A stretch of 64,000 nt of DNA from Lama glama (taxonomy: Eukaryota): assembly GCA_028534125.1 (NCBI GenBank), contig CM052817.1, positions 82,772,001-82,836,000 of the forward strand, read 5' to 3'. Positions 26,655 through 40,904 of the stretch are shown here, piece by piece. Each line of letters starts with the position of its first letter. The stretch's first letter is position 1. A program made the position numbers and the translations under genes. Under the pieces are notes generated by a model. That model was not told the DNA's origin. It saw only the letters and a program-made list of their open reading frames with translations, and did no database searches.

Positions 26655-26820
26655 CTCCAGAGTAAGAGATTAATAGCATTACCCCTCAGGGATGTCACTT
26701 GGGCAAATTACTTAACCTAAGTCGCAATTTATTTCTAAAACTGTAATACTACTAGCATTTACCCACCTCTCAAGGCTTTTTCAATCTAAAATTATTTAAG
26801 TGCATGACTATAGTGTTTAA
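26655..26820 (+). mobile_element. MIR fragment
   Basis: cttgggcaaattacttaacct..ctaaaactgtaatactactagcatttacc. Confidence 0.6.
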
Positions 26821-27129
26821 TAGATATTTCAATCACGTTGAAGGTGATTGATAATGATGGCTCTGAGTAAAATTCAGCAACTAAAATGAATATATTTCAA
26901 AATGCACACACACATACACTTGTACACACACATGTTCACGCCCAAGATTAGGAGTTGTAATGAAGTGATAAATAGCCCTGAAGTAATCTGCTGAAGAATT
27001 TCCCTCTTGAGTTTGAAAAGAGTAGAAAATAATGTCTAGTAAAAAAAAAAAAGCATCTTTTATGATTTGAGTAACATTTATTTGAACTTCATGTCCATAA
27101 TAATTAGAAATCTGAGCTCTGGCAACAAT

Positions 27130-27290
27130 TTTCATGGCTTTAACTCTCAGCTCTGCCATTTTCTCTTTGTAAAACTTGGGATATGTATGAAACTGTGTGG
27201 CTCAGTGTTCTGATCTGTGAAATGGGGATAGTAATAGCACCTATGCTGTGAGAATTACACAAATAAATATTAATGTGGCAAAGAACAGCT
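27130..27290 (+). mobile_element. MIR SINE
   Basis: cagctctgccatt..ctcagtgttctgatctgtgaaatggggatagtaatagcacct..gtgagaatta. Confidence 0.75.
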
Positions 27291-27339
27291 CGATGTTCAC
27301 CAATCCTATTCTTTTATTCATAAGCTATGAAGAATATTA

Positions 27340-27625
27340 CCTCTCTTATCTTCCCTTTCATTTAGGTTGGGGCAACACCACTGCATTCCTGCCAGAAGAG
27401 TGCGATTCAGAATGATGTATGTCCCTTCCAGGTTTTGCTATAATACATTTGGTATGGGCTTTGTTCTCTTTGTCTTAGCCATTTCCAGCACATTTGGAAA
27501 GAGCCAGCATCTTTGATTACCATGTGAATGACCATCTCCTGAAACCCAGTTAAACTCTGATATGAATGAGAAATACACCTTCGTCTTAGGCCACTGAGAT
27601 TTGGCAATCGCCTTTTACAGCACTA
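27340..27625 (+). mobile_element. MaLR LTR (MLT1 family) 3' part
   Basis: atgaatgagaaatacaccttcgtcttaggccactgagatttggcaatcgccttttacagca is the MLT1 3' terminus pattern. Confidence 0.75.
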
Positions 27626-29109
27626 ACGATAATTTCCCAAAGTCATTCTGCAGCACTTAGAGCAGTAGGCAGCTAGCACGTAGTCAGTGTTCAATAAACT
27701 GCTAGCAGTTAAAATAACGCTGGATTTCCAGATAGACAAAGATCAGAAAATAAATTGACTGTGGATACGATACTCCAAATATCCAAAGTAAGATTTCTTA
27801 ATTCTGAAAACAAAATTTGACCTTAAAACCAAACATGGAAAATACGTTCTGTGTTAACCTGTCGTATAAGTAGCAGATTATGGTTATTCAATCAAGGTTC
27901 CAATCACATTTAGAGATGCTTACAAGCTAGTGTTGTTAGATAATATTGTTGCCTCTAACCATTCTGTTCTGTGCTGTGTTCTGTATCACCTATTCTATGG
28001 GTCATCCTCAATTCAATAGCACTGCATGCTCCACATTCCTACTAGACATTATTTCCAGTTCAGTCACTTCCTTTCTCTTTCTCCAGGTAGAAGGAATATG
28101 ATTTCCATATATTTCATAAGCACTGAAAATTGTACTGCATGCACGTATAAGTTAGATATATATGAATATATATCAAAACACTGAAAATGTGCTTTTGTAT
28201 CATATTTAAAGACTACATAATATGGTAGAAGGCCAGATATTTAAAAATAAAAATAATTACCCCACTTGGTATCATCCAGCATCTTCCAGAGCAGCATATA
28301 AATTTAAAACAAACAGCTTGAGCAGCAGCTTTCAACTAGACTAGGGCTACACAAATACTTATATTTTTTCCATATGGGAAGAAATTATCTATATTACAGT
28401 CATTTTATTATTCATTGCAGAGGGGTATGTGAAGCAGACTGCATTGAACTTTATTTCCTTTAGAAAACCAAACCTAGAGTATTTTTCTGCAGAAACTGCC
28501 TATAGGTTTAGCACATTCACTGAACCCTGTTACAGGCATTTTTTAACCAGAGCCAACAACTGTGTACCTCTCTTGATCGCTCACCAACTACATGGTGTAT
28601 GTTAACATGAGACACACAGAAGCCATAAAGGAAATCGCCCCCAGCTGTACATGACCTTGATTTTCAGATATCCCTGTTTCCATATCCTTTCCCAAAGTGG
28701 GAGTGCATAAAAAAAGCTTCTAGTCCTCATATGTTTTTGTTCTTGTACATGGAAGCATCCAAACCAGTAACAGGATCTTACAGTGATGTTCAGGTAATCA
28801 CCAACTTCCTTATTAAAAGGGATCCCTCCTAGTGTTATATGTATTTCCATTCCCTTTTGGTCTTTTTCTCCCAGCTGAACATGTTGGAAGTACTCTAAGC
28901 ACACAGGAAAAACAATCCTGGGTAATTCTACCTCAAAATCTCTGGGTTAAGCAATTTTAATGACATCTCATTACCTCAATATGTTTTCTTCAATTCTAAA
29001 ACATAGGTTAACAACAAAAATAGAAAAAAACAGACCACAGGACCAGAACTGAGTGTCCTTTGTCTTTGTATCAAATATATATCTTACGTACTGTAGAAAA
29101 ATCCAAGCA

Positions 29110-29550
29110 TTATTCATTTAATCTACTCCATTCTTATGAACGTCCCTCATTTTGGGGCTCTATGTTAGGTACAAAAAATACAAATATGAAGGACAGAATT
29201 CTGACCTTCATGGAGCTGAGTGAATTAGGAAAATACAGACAAGGAAGTCAGTGACTATTACTACTACTGACTTATAATCAATGACAAATAATATTGTTTG
29301 ATGAGAGCTATAAAAATACATGCACATACATATGTTTTCTCTTCTGGAAAGAGGAAACAGGAGATCAGATAACAGTGATTCTGGAGTTCTTGAGATTCAA
29401 ATTAGAGAACAGAAAGACATTATATGGAGAGACAGAACAGCATGTACACAAGCATGGCCACAATAATCAGGACACTCAATCTTGAAATCAGGATGGCTGA
29501 GTTAGAGTAAACAGTGAGTACTGTGAATGTAATGGAAGATAGGAAGGGGG
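29110..29550 (-). mobile_element. L2 3' portion
   Basis: cattcatt-like start, ggctctatgttaggtaca..atacaaatatgaa..ctgaccttcatggagct. Confidence 0.65.
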
Positions 29551-30609
29551 GTCTTAAATGACACAACAAGCACTCAAATTTAGATAAAAAAAGATTCTTG
29601 AATGGCTAATATTCATCCTGTTTTTATAGGAAACCAAACAAAACAAACATAAACATGACATATTTCTCTGGAAAGAATCTACTTTAAAAAAAAAAGGCAG
29701 AGACGAGACAGAAACAACAATTCTATTGGATGGAATGATCCAGGGAAGAAATATTGGACAAGATGTCAATGAAATAGCATCCATTCCTGAAGACAGTGAT
29801 ATAAGCAAACAAGTACCTTTAAAAAATTTTTGTATTTCTCTTTTCATTTCTCTGGGATGATGATAGCGTAAAGAGATCATTTGTGTACACTGTTTTTAAT
29901 TCCTCATGAATGGGTAACATTTATGGTTTATCTTCACACATGACTTCTCTTCCTTAGAGAGCCACTGATGCCTGCTTGCCAAGTCCTTACCTGGAGTCCA
30001 AGGCACACAAAGAAATATGGCCACTGGAACCTCCTCTCACATCCTCAATTTATTAACTGTAGTCTTTGTAAAATAAAGCAGCCTGGGGTGAAAACGATAC
30101 TCTTGAATTAATTTTACTACTATTTCTAGAGGCTTATATTAATGGGTTTATTTTATAACAAGAAAGAATGAAATAAAAACTAATTATGGTCCTGCATAAG
30201 CATGGTCTCTGGGAAAAGTACTAAAGTGTCCTTTCACATGCGGACTTAATAAATCTTCCCAAGCTGAGTTCATTTCCAGTCACTCGGCAGCTTCCTCCAA
30301 ACCAAGTCAAAAATCATGATGCTCAGTTGCTGTGACAGTTCCTGGAACAAGCATGGTAAGCAGTACAGCTGCAGAAGCCACAGTGTACGCTGATAAGAGG
30401 AGTTATTTGCTCGGTAAACTTTCAGAAGGTAAATCTGGAACAGAAGATGTAATAGTCTATAAATATTATTTCTTTCTTTTATCTCATTATGTAGGGTATC
30501 AGCCCTTTGAGAATTTTAAGGACTTCTACCAAAGATGACTTGTGAAATAGGCACTGTTCTATCAGTGTGGGGAGGGAGCAAAATGTACTTCTTAAATATC
30601 TATAGAGTT

Positions 30610-30770
30610 ATAGTACTAGAAGGGATATGAAATGTATGAGGTTCACCTTCACTTTTCTACACACAGGAAAACTGGCTGTGAGAGTTGAAAGGCTTGCTCC
30701 AAGTCACAGAGCCAACAAGCAGAGACAGTCATAGAATTCAGGCTCCTATACAGGCTCCTCCTAGTGCCGT
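30610..30770 (-). mobile_element. MIR SINE
   Basis: acaggaaaactggctgtgagagttgaaaggcttgctccaagtcacagagcca..agaattcaggctcct. Confidence 0.65.
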
Positions 30771-31139
30771 GCTCTTTATTATTGCCTGTGGTGCACTATG
30801 TCACTAAATATTCAGAAGAAAATACAAATTAACACACACACACAAATATCTACACCCTAACCAACTTGAACTGTTTTCCATACATAAAAGCATCTACTGA
30901 GTTCACAGAAACCATCTTTAAGGCATATTCTTGCCTACAAATAGACAGTTCCCAATGCAGGATATTTTGCACAGTTGAAAAAATAATTATACCCTCAGAT
31001 AGCTTTACCTGCATGATTATAAGAAATAAACCCTAAAACGGCTGAATAAAGACTGACTTTTGTTTCTTCTGGTGACACAAAAGCATTCCAAATTTTAAAT
31101 TCTAGTGTCAAAGCACAGGATTAGAAAAAATGTTAGATT

Positions 31140-31300
31140 AAATGGAGCTAAGTCCAATGAAAAAAACTGAGGTCATGGAAATATAAGTGACTAGCACATG
31201 ATCATAGACTTATTAGCTAAATTATGCTTGACAAATAATCCTTATAAAGTCTTCATGCAACACAGATCTCTTGGACTTTAATCCAATGATTATTCCCCCA
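31140..31300 (-). mobile_element. MIR fragment
   Basis: atgaaaaaaactgaggtca..aagtgactagcacatgatcatagact. Confidence 0.55.
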
Positions 31301-31684
31301 TGGAGTGATAAATTGTTTCCCATCCTCCCACTCCCATGGAGAAAACATGAGAATGAAAATGAATATAACTATGCAAGTGGAATTTAATCAAATCTAATTT
31401 TTAACTGAAGAAAATTAAATAGTTTCAGACATTTGACCCTTGAAGCTTATTATACCATGACTTCTCTGTATGTTTTGCTATATTTCCTAGACTCAGCATG
31501 TTTTTTTCTGACAATCAGCAGCATTTCTACAGTTCCCATGATACGTGACTTTTTAGGAATGACAAAAATACAATCACACACAGATACACACAAATCTAAG
31601 GGACTGAAATTAAGAACACACACAAAGCAATTTCAAGAATGGAATCTGATTCTCTCCTAATTTGATGGGTAAATTAATCTCCCT

Positions 31685-31750
31685 GAAAAAGGAGGAGGAG
31701 GAGAGGGTGGAAGAGGAAGAGGAGGAGGAGAAAGGGGGGGAAAAAGAAGC
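31685..31750. repeat. Polypurine (GGA)n-like tract
   Basis: gaaaaaggaggaggaggagagggtggaagaggaagaggaggaggagaaagggggggaaaaagaag. Confidence 0.85.
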
Positions 31751-32849
31751 CAAGAAATAACTCTGGAGTAGGACGGTTGATTTTTAATAACTTTCCCAAA
31801 ATGTATTGAGAGAAACAAGATCTGTTCATGACAGCAATACTTAAGATGTTCCGCAAAAAATTACATGAGCTAATAATATACTTCACATTATACCAAATGT
31901 TTTGGAAATCCACAGATAATGAGAATATATGGGAAGTCCGGCATAGACAATAATGTGAGTAAAAATCCTGTTAAAAAAAAATTAACTAACAGTTTCCTCA
32001 AATTTACTTTACCACTGAACGTTCTTCTTACACCTTCCTTAAACCTAGCAGGAGACTAACTGTGCTGAGGAGATTCTAACTGATAGATTATAGGGGCAGT
32101 GCTACTCAATGAAAATGTAATATGGTTGAAATTACAATTGTCAAAAATGACTGTCAAAAATTGTGACAATTTTGTAAAGAATATTTCTTAAGGCTCTTTA
32201 ACTTTTCCCTAAATCCTGTAATAAGACACAGATAAGTTGGTTAACTATAGTTAGCCAAATGTCTGATAGGTAGAATTCCTAACCCATACGCAATATGAAA
32301 CAAAACACCTCAACTTAAATATTTAGACAAAAAGATTAGATGAAATAAGTGAAACTATACATTTATTAATATTTGATTTGAATATTGGGTTATTACTTGG
32401 GTAATGGTAAATCAGTTAAACAGAAATCACTAAATAACATTTGAAGTGATACATGATAAAGTATTATATTTCAAGGAGAATGGTAAGCATGGATTTAATT
32501 TAAATCTTAACTAGTTGTAGAGATTCAGATCCAAGTAAAACAATTTCTCAGTTAATTTTGCCATTTTACATAACTCTAAATTCATGAGAATTACAAAGAA
32601 ATCATAAAGAGTTAAATTTTCCAACATTATGTACATATACAGATCATTAAACATCTAAAAAGAAAAACTATGCAGTGACTAGAACTATGATAATAGATAT
32701 ATTTATCCCCAGTAAACTGCAAGCCTCCAAACTTTCTATGACAAAAGCAGTAGAGGATTAGAAGAAAGCAATGTTGAAACTGTAACATCATAGCTTCTTT
32801 TAAAACATATATCTTTAAATTACATATTTGTCTAAAACACACTATGCCT

Positions 32850-33340
32850 AAATAGGATTGCTTACTCAGGACCTACTAATTTCTAGGGCACTAGACATGG
32901 AAAGACACAAAGATGAAAATTACAGACTTTGTCATAATTCTCTAATTGGCAAGTTAAAAAACTGATGAATAACTACCCTATATAAAGTGAAATATAACAG
33001 AATCATATAAAACATGGTGTGGGTACACAGAGATGGAAGCTATTAACCTAGACTAGGAAGGTAGAGAAGCTACATGGACAATGATGTTTGAAGTGGGGGT
33101 TGAAGGGTGAGGATCCAAGTGAATAGGAGCTTTGAAGAGATATTTGAAAGGAATGCAATGTAGACAGAGTATCAATCCAGGAAAGATAGAAACATAAGAT
33201 CTACGGTGAATCCAGGGTACAGAACGTGGTTGTGCGCGGCCACAGTAGATGAAATATCAGGAGATGAGGCTGCAAACACAGGCTGGGGTCAGATAAGAAA
33301 GAACCATATATGCCAGGCTAAGGAGATCTATATGGAGAAG
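32850..33340 (-). mobile_element. L2 3' portion
   Basis: ttgcttactcaggacctacta..agggcactaga..; atgtttgaagtggg..tgaagggtga; ggagatgaggctg..caggctggggtcagat..tgccaggctaaggag. Confidence 0.75.
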
Positions 33341-34564
33341 CTAAGGACACTTCATTTTTTATCAGCCAACAGCTCTTTTTAAACAATATTATTTCTCTAA
33401 TGTTACATAGATCTGGGAAGTTCAGATTTATGTTAGTGCGGCTTTCCCAAATACCTCTTCCATTGTCTTTCCATCCTGGCACTATCCAGACTGTACCACA
33501 GAAGGGCTGGAATAGGTATCACATCCTTCCTGTGCTTTCAGTTATTAGAAATGTCTTAATATCACTGAATAGTATATTGAACATTTGCCTTCCCTGAAAC
33601 ATTCAAAAATCAGGATTTTTTTAAAAAAAGAAACATAGAAATTGTCACTGAAGTTTAATACTTCAATGTTAATAGTTAATAGGTTGTGGGGGGTAAAAAC
33701 AGATAATACCTTCTTCATTTAGATTTTAGAAGTCAACTCTTGAGTTTTAGGAACGGAAAAGTTAGCCTTTATTATTTTATCAATATCATTTCAGGCTCTT
33801 GGAAAACCTACATACGTCTTTAATTCTCCGAAATTTTCTTACTTAGCTGCAATGAGGGTTGGATTTTTATATTTTAACCATTGCTACGTTCCTATCAATT
33901 CATCCCTGCTATTTTAAAGTTTACCAAATCTTTTGGGGCTAGATATGGCTAGAGACTTGTAAAATATCTTTACATGTATTGCATTACTCTTTCACTGTTT
34001 TATGTTAAGTTATTTTCCTTTAAGGCTGGGCAGGGAGACTGAATTCTGAAATCTGGCATGACATTAACAAGAATACTGAGCTAGTCCCAGTTCCTTAAGC
34101 GGCAGTATCTCTTCAGCTTAATGGCACCAGGCCTAAGTCTTCTTGAAGCTCAAATGCTGTGTTCATTCTTTGCAAATCTGTGCAATTACACAATGGGATT
34201 TGCTTATAGAATTTTAAACTGAGTATTTTCAAGAAAAACTGTAAAATTCAAAGCAAATAAAACTCAGAGGTTTTTATATATTTGCATTTAGTCATTCTAC
34301 ATGATGGATGACTCATGAGATATTTTAAAATACAAGAAACTGTAAGCCACACTTGTAAGACATAGAATTTCTGGTTGCTTCTCAGATTGCTATTCCCTTT
34401 CTATTCATGTGAAGACAACTCGGGGTAATCTAAGAAAGCTTCAAATATTAAAATGTATCCATACAACTACTCACTTTTGATAGCTAATTATCATGCTGTC
34501 ATGCTACAGTAATTGTTGCCCCATCAACCAAAGATGAAGTGAGGCCTCAACAGCAATGAGCTCT

Positions 34565-34680
34565 CTATTCATATATATTCTTATGTACATGGATGTTATA
34601 CATCCATACAGATAAACATACACATCGTATATACATATACAGCATATTCAATACATATGTGACAGCCACTATGTACAGAT
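34565..34680. repeat. (TA/CA)-rich low-complexity tract
   Basis: catatatattcttatgtacat..tatacatccatacagataaacatacacatcgtatatacatatac. Confidence 0.65.
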
Positions 34681-34934
34681 ATCAAACAGATTAAAATACC
34701 TGTAGACTCCTACGTTTGTTTTTCTGAGACTCTGCTTTTTGTTTTACAAAGTGTGTTTCTCTCTTATCACTGTAGGCTGATAATCTCTGGCACACGAACT
34801 GAAAACAGGAGAGGACTAAGGAAGAAAATCAAATCAGCTGCTGCCTTCCCTGCATTCTCAGAATTGTAACAGCATCAACGTTCTTTCTGTAAACTAGTGA
34901 AGAGACCCGGTTTACAGCCAATAAGCCTATGTTG

Positions 34935-35060
34935 GAGAACCGCTTTTACCACTGACAAGTTATGTAACCCTGAGGAAAACGCTTACCCTCCTCATCCTCA
35001 TTTACTATTTGAGAAATAAAGCATTTATGGGAGAGTATATTGGAAATACTACCCTAGTCA
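34935..35060 (+). mobile_element. MIR fragment
   Basis: ttaccactgacaagttatgtaaccctgaggaaaacgcttaccctcctcatcctca. Confidence 0.5.
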
Positions 35061-35509
35061 CATGTCATGCTGTTTTGATTACTTAAGCTTCGTACTATTT
35101 TCTGAGACAACAGCTATATTATTTTTAAAATTCTTCTTAGTGAATCATCATAAGCCAGAAATTTACCTAAAGCTCAATCTGTTAGTCACAAAAAATGTTC
35201 AGGCTATGAACTGAATGTAAGTGCACAGCTGAAGTCCAGCACAACAGGTGGAGTTCAGTTTTCTGCTCCTTGGGAGGCAATGTAATCGTGACTCAAGTGT
35301 TCTGGGTGGCCCTGTCTTACTCCACACACTATTCCGTTTAACTATCTGGGCAGTGTAGTTGACAGACATTTATTGAGTATTTAAAATAAACAAAGCACTG
35401 GCCTGAAGATTGAAACTTTCACAAGACCTACTATCATTCACTTGAGTAATTTATAATATTTCTAACAGAAAAATCTATACAGAGCTAGAAAGGGTAGACT
35501 TCCATGCAT

Positions 35510-35670
35510 CCATGAATTGAAATTATTTGTTCAGCAAGTATTTCTTGAGGACCTTCCATATACCAGGTCCTTGGAAAATAAAACTGGAATATGTGACCCT
35601 CTCCTCAAGAACATGCTGCTTCACAGGAAAGCTAGCAGGTAAAACAACAAACGCAGAATGGCAGTAAGAG
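35510..35670 (-). mobile_element. L2 3' end
   Basis: atttgttcagcaagtatttcttgaggaccttccatataccagg..ccctctcctcaagaac. Confidence 0.6.
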
Positions 35671-36123
35671 GCGTTTTTTAAGGAGTAATTATTCAGGGAA
35701 GGATTGGTCCTACAAGATCTCTTCTAATTCCAAGGTACATCCCTATTTCACAGTTCTATGCTCTTTAAATGTTCTTATCTGAATTTCAAGTTAGCTTTAT
35801 GGGAAGCTAAGGTACTCCTTCATATAGCTCCCTACATAGAGAAGAAGAAAACAGAAACAAGACATCACTTGGACTTGCTTTATGTTTTTCACCCCTTCAA
35901 GTATGAAGTTCTCTTCCTAGTTTTCAAGTTACAGTCATTATTTTTCTCTGATTATAAAAGTAATACATATACAAATACACCTATAAGTATTCTAATATAT
36001 TGAAATTTTCATTATAAATACATTGAAAAATGAAAACATAGATAAAACAAGAACAGCTATCATCCACACATCCAGTCCCTAGAAACAACTCCTATACATA
36101 CATTGATGTATATCCATTTCAAT

Positions 36124-36143
36124 CACACACACACACACACACA
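36124..36143. repeat. (CA)n microsatellite
   Basis: (ca)10. Confidence 0.95.
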
Positions 36144-39100
36144 CCCACGAACTACTAAATTAGAATGACTGTGTTAACCGGCCTAGATATAAGGTCCAGG
36201 AAGGAGGACAGCACCGCATGTTTATAATCTAAAAATAACATAAAATTTTCATCCTCCCTCTCTAAACCTGCTTATTGACACCATGTTAAGAAAAGTTACA
36301 AAGGGAAAAGTACAAATTTTTTCTCTTGCCACCAAGATGTATGAAAGTTGGGGGGGGGAGCGTTACACTAATCTCTAGAGAATCACGCTACACATAGCAC
36401 AGTCCTGTTTACCAGGCAGCTGATAATTTCACTGGGCCCCCTTTTTTATTGCTAGTTCAGCAGAAATTACATAGATCTGTCAGATATCTTTGGTGAGCAA
36501 GTTTATACAAAAATATTTTGCTTTGTGATCTCAAATAAGTATATTGACTTATTTATTAAGCGTATAGACCCTTACCCCTTTTTGGAGAGAGTCTAGGTTT
36601 TAACAAAAAGGCTTCAAGTGAACAATGAAAAACATATCTCTCTGGTCAACGTCAATGAATAACAGTTCCCAGTAATCTCACAAGACAGGTCAGACCAATG
36701 ATTGTATTCACTCTTTCAAAAGATTCATATTGAAATAACAATATTACAAACAGATCTACTGTTGTCATTTGCTGGTGATGCACAAGTCTAAAGTAGAAAA
36801 ACAAATCAATGCTTTGTAAAAATGAAAGAAACCTCAGCAACATGCATTTAATCTGAACATTCTGGAGATCAGACAAGTAGGAGAGAAGAAAAAAGAAAAT
36901 AAAGAATTATTACTGCCCAGACGCTTTTCCACAACCACAAACAAGCTTTAAGGCATATAGAACCAGGACTTTAATACCTATCAGCCCAAAATACAATAGT
37001 GTAGTTTTTCAAGTAAAACATATAAGGCACATGAAAGGTACTAATTATTTTTTGTAATGAATCTTTTAAGGATATACTTCCAGAAATACAAAACAAGTTA
37101 TAATCCTTACAATATTTTAGAATCAACTTTCAGATCAAAATAGACTTTGGAAATCAATCAACTAGAAAGGAATAATCATAATTAACAGGATTAGCATGTT
37201 ATTATGTATAAGGCTAGAGTAGCCAACTTGTTACCTATGAGAGCTATAGTTAGTCTTACCTGATTCAATCAGATTTTTTCAGCGCAATCATTGATCTAAA
37301 GACAAGGTTCAATACAGAGGCTTGAAATAGGAGATTTACCTTAGAGGAACCTGATCAAAGGAAAGTATTGCATTGAGAACATGTACAAAGCACAAATGCA
37401 GGTAATTTAATCCCCAAATCCAGAGTCCATGGAAATCCAATAGAGTAAGGAGCAACATATACAAAAGCAAACTACTTTTTGGTATGAGTAAATAAATTTA
37501 TACTAAATCATGGAACACCTAAGAAAATTCAGAGTTGTTTTGAAAGTCCACATTCTGCCATCAGGGATGGAATAAATTAAGGTCCTCAAAAGAGCTATTT
37601 GCAAAGTCAGGATGAAACAATATCCTAGGAAAAGGAACACAAAACCAAACATATAACCAATGGGCTACCAAGTGCTCAGTTGCCTATTAATTTCGAGGGA
37701 TTAAGGGTTAACCATTCTATACCTTACTTATTTGTGTATGTGCCTAAACCAACTGTTAAATACACATATACACATACACACACACTGTGTTTTTTTTATC
37801 TTAATTCATTTTCAAATAAAGGTTTTTTTAAAGAGATAGGTTGATATTGCTAAATACACATGTATAAATTATGGTTGTTAAATGGTTAATGACCTAATAT
37901 TTTTAAATGCCTTCACAAATTAAAATTAATCATGTATCCACACTAAAAATGAACTGAATATACATTTATATACCTGGGCATCAGTAGTTTCTACATTTAA
38001 AAAAATACACAAGGTGCATTTTTGTCCTTAGACTTCATCCAGACAAGTTCTTGTTGAAACATTTCCAAGGTACTAACCTTCTCTCTTACTACCTCTAATC
38101 TCCAACTCTTCTCAGACATAGTTTCTCAAATTCCTAAAACTTACCATCAAGCATCCAGAAATGGACACACTACAGTGAACTGACCTCACCATCATTCTTT
38201 AGATATCATCCTGATATATTTCCCAACTATTCTACTAGGGGAGGAGAAGCAGTCGCAACACATAAAACTTTCAATCCTAAACTAGTTAGTCAGTAACTTT
38301 GTCTCAAAAGGCTTCTCAGAAAATCCACAACTGGTCATATATTACCTAAATTACTCCTCTTAAATATGGGTTTTAAATTGCAACAGAATCTTACACAATA
38401 AAGTATCAGAAAAATAAACTGAAAAAAGCAAGAAACACAGTGCACTGTTTGGAGATGTTAATTCACTTATGTGCCTTTATCTCTGATTATGACATTATCC
38501 AGAAGCATCAAGGATTATACAGATTGCCAACTTTTTAGATGCTATGCCCTAGTGCAAAGGAAATGCATTTTCCATACAAAACCACTACATTCAGATACAG
38601 TGAGCCACATTTCCAGATACCCTTTAACAGCCCTCCACTTTGGCTTTGCATTAAAACAAAATTTACTTAGAGGCCCCACAAATCATAGCCCTCCAGTGTC
38701 CAATTATTGCTTCACAATTCAAGGAAACATCTACTTATGGAAAGGCACTAGGCCAATCACAAGTTCAAGCAATAGCTTTGAAAATTCAGTTCTATATTTT
38801 GTAAGTTTTCCCATAAAAACATTCAGCAGGACAGTATATATGGGTTAAAAAGTTGCACTGTTGTGTGCAAAAAAAAACCATAAGCCAGGACAGCATGTTA
38901 TACACCTAAAACTCAATGACTTAATGTCAGTACTTTTTACTACATATGTGTTTATATATTTATTTATATGTATATAAATAACCATAACTAATTGATAATG
39001 AGTTCTTGGGAGATGTATTAAAATGAACCTATGGACCTGACTTTTAGTCCCTGACAAATGAAGAAGTTGCTTGGGCTGCTGCCTCCCTCCTTAAAAATTA

Positions 39101-39229
39101 ATCATAGAGAAATGTAAGTAACTCAAAAGCATGAAGGTGTCATGTATTTAAGGAATAAATATAAAAAACTATGAGAATCCATCCAAAAACAAAAGTTGAA
39201 TTTTGAATTTAAGAGGGATAAATGCAGTC

Positions 39230-39600
39230 ATTCAGCAGCATTATCCAAAAATAATGTGAAAGAAGAAATAAATATACAATCATATGCATTTAATAAACCA
39301 CTCATCAAATGGTAGAATAAGCAGGCAATGAGTCAGTAAGTATAAAGAATATTTAAATAACATGATTAATATATTTGACCTAGTTGACAGACGACTCAAT
39401 AAATGAAAAGTAAATGCTCTTTTCAAATGCATATAGATATAACATATATTTCAGTACATGCTGTTACAATGCAAATCTCAAAAAAATCATACTTAAATCA
39501 CACAGGATATGCTCTCCAAACACCATTAAGTTCAACTACAAAGCAACAAAGAAAAATCAGAAACTCCCACACATTTGGAAATTAAGCAACAAATGTTTTA
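39230..39600 (+). mobile_element. Old L1 ORF2 endonuclease-region fragment
   Basis: gtagaataagcaggcaa..tcagtaagtataaagaatatttaaataacatgattaat..tttgacctagttgaca; aaactcccacacatttggaaattaagcaac. Confidence 0.7.
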
Positions 39601-39602
39601 AA

Positions 39603-40900
39603 GTGGAAGCTTAGATTATTGATCTGAGGTCTTGCTCTATTTTAACAGCATCCTACACATTTTGATATGTTAAATTTTCATTTAGCTCAATATATATATT
39701 TTTGTTTATTTCCCTTGAGGCTTCCCCTTTGGTCTATATGTTATTTAGAAGTGTGCTTTTTTAATCTCCAGGAATTTTTCAGATGTATTTCTGTTACTGA
39801 TTTCTAATTGTATTTAATTATCAGCTGTAAATGTATATTTGAATCTTTTCATTCTTTTATATTTGATTTGTTTACAGCCAAGAATATTATCTATATTGAT
39901 GAAAATTCTATATGCATTTGAGAATAGCATGTTTTCTGTTTTGTTGGGTTTGTAGTGTTATATAAATATTAATTCCATCAATTGATTGATAGTGTTTTTC
40001 AAGTCCTCTATATGCTTACCAATTTTCTATATACTTGTTTAAACAATTAATGACAGTGGAATGCTGAAGTCTCTAAGTATAACTGTAAATTTGTCATTTT
40101 TTTCAGATTTCTCTGTTTTTAAGTGCAAATTACATAAGGCTGTCATGTCTTCTTAGAAAATTGACCCCTTTACCATTGTACAGTGACACTATCCCTGACA
40201 ATATTCTTTGCTCTGAAGTCTATTTTATCTAATATTAATAATAGGTAGTCCAGTTTTGTTTTGGCTAGGGTTTACATGGTATAATCTTTTGCTACCCTTT
40301 TAACTTTTATCCTAACTATATCTTTACATTTGAAGATGATTTCTTACAGATATATGTCTAAGCTCTTCTAATTTTAAAGACAGTCTCACAATCTCTGTTT
40401 TTTAAAAGGTATATTTAGGCCATTAACATTTAATATCATTATTGACATAATTGGTTAAAATCTTGATAATTTTCTATTTGTTCCATCTGTTCTTTTTTTC
40501 CTCTCTTTTTTTCTGTTTTCCTTTTGGATTAATTGAACAATAGTTATGATTACAGTTTCTCACCTCTATCGACTTACTCTGTTTAAGAAAATTTATTTAC
40601 AAACTTAGGCCTTACAATATACATATTTAATTAATCAGAGTCTGCTTTTAAATAACATTTATACAGCTTCACAAGTAGTGCAAGGACCTAAATAAATTTT
40701 AAACATTTCTTATAGAGTATGCCTCTAGCAGGAAATTTCATCAGTATCTTTCTGAAAATGTCTCCCCCATCCCCATTTCTGAAAGCTATTCTCCCTGGGC
40801 ACAGAATTCTGAGTTAATGGTATACATAGATACATTTTTTTTGTTTGTTTCAGCACTTTATAAATGTCACTTCATTGCCTTCTAGCTTATAGGTTCTCTG
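39603..40900 (-). mobile_element. L1MC/L1ME-type fragment (ORF1 3' end, spacer, ORF2 endonuclease)
   Basis: ggaagcttagattattgat..gcatcctacacattttgatatg; ctgaagtctctaagtataactgtaaatttgtc; aaattgacccctttaccatt; cagcactttataaatgtcacttcattgccttctagct. Confidence 0.85.
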
Positions 40901-40904
40901 GGAA

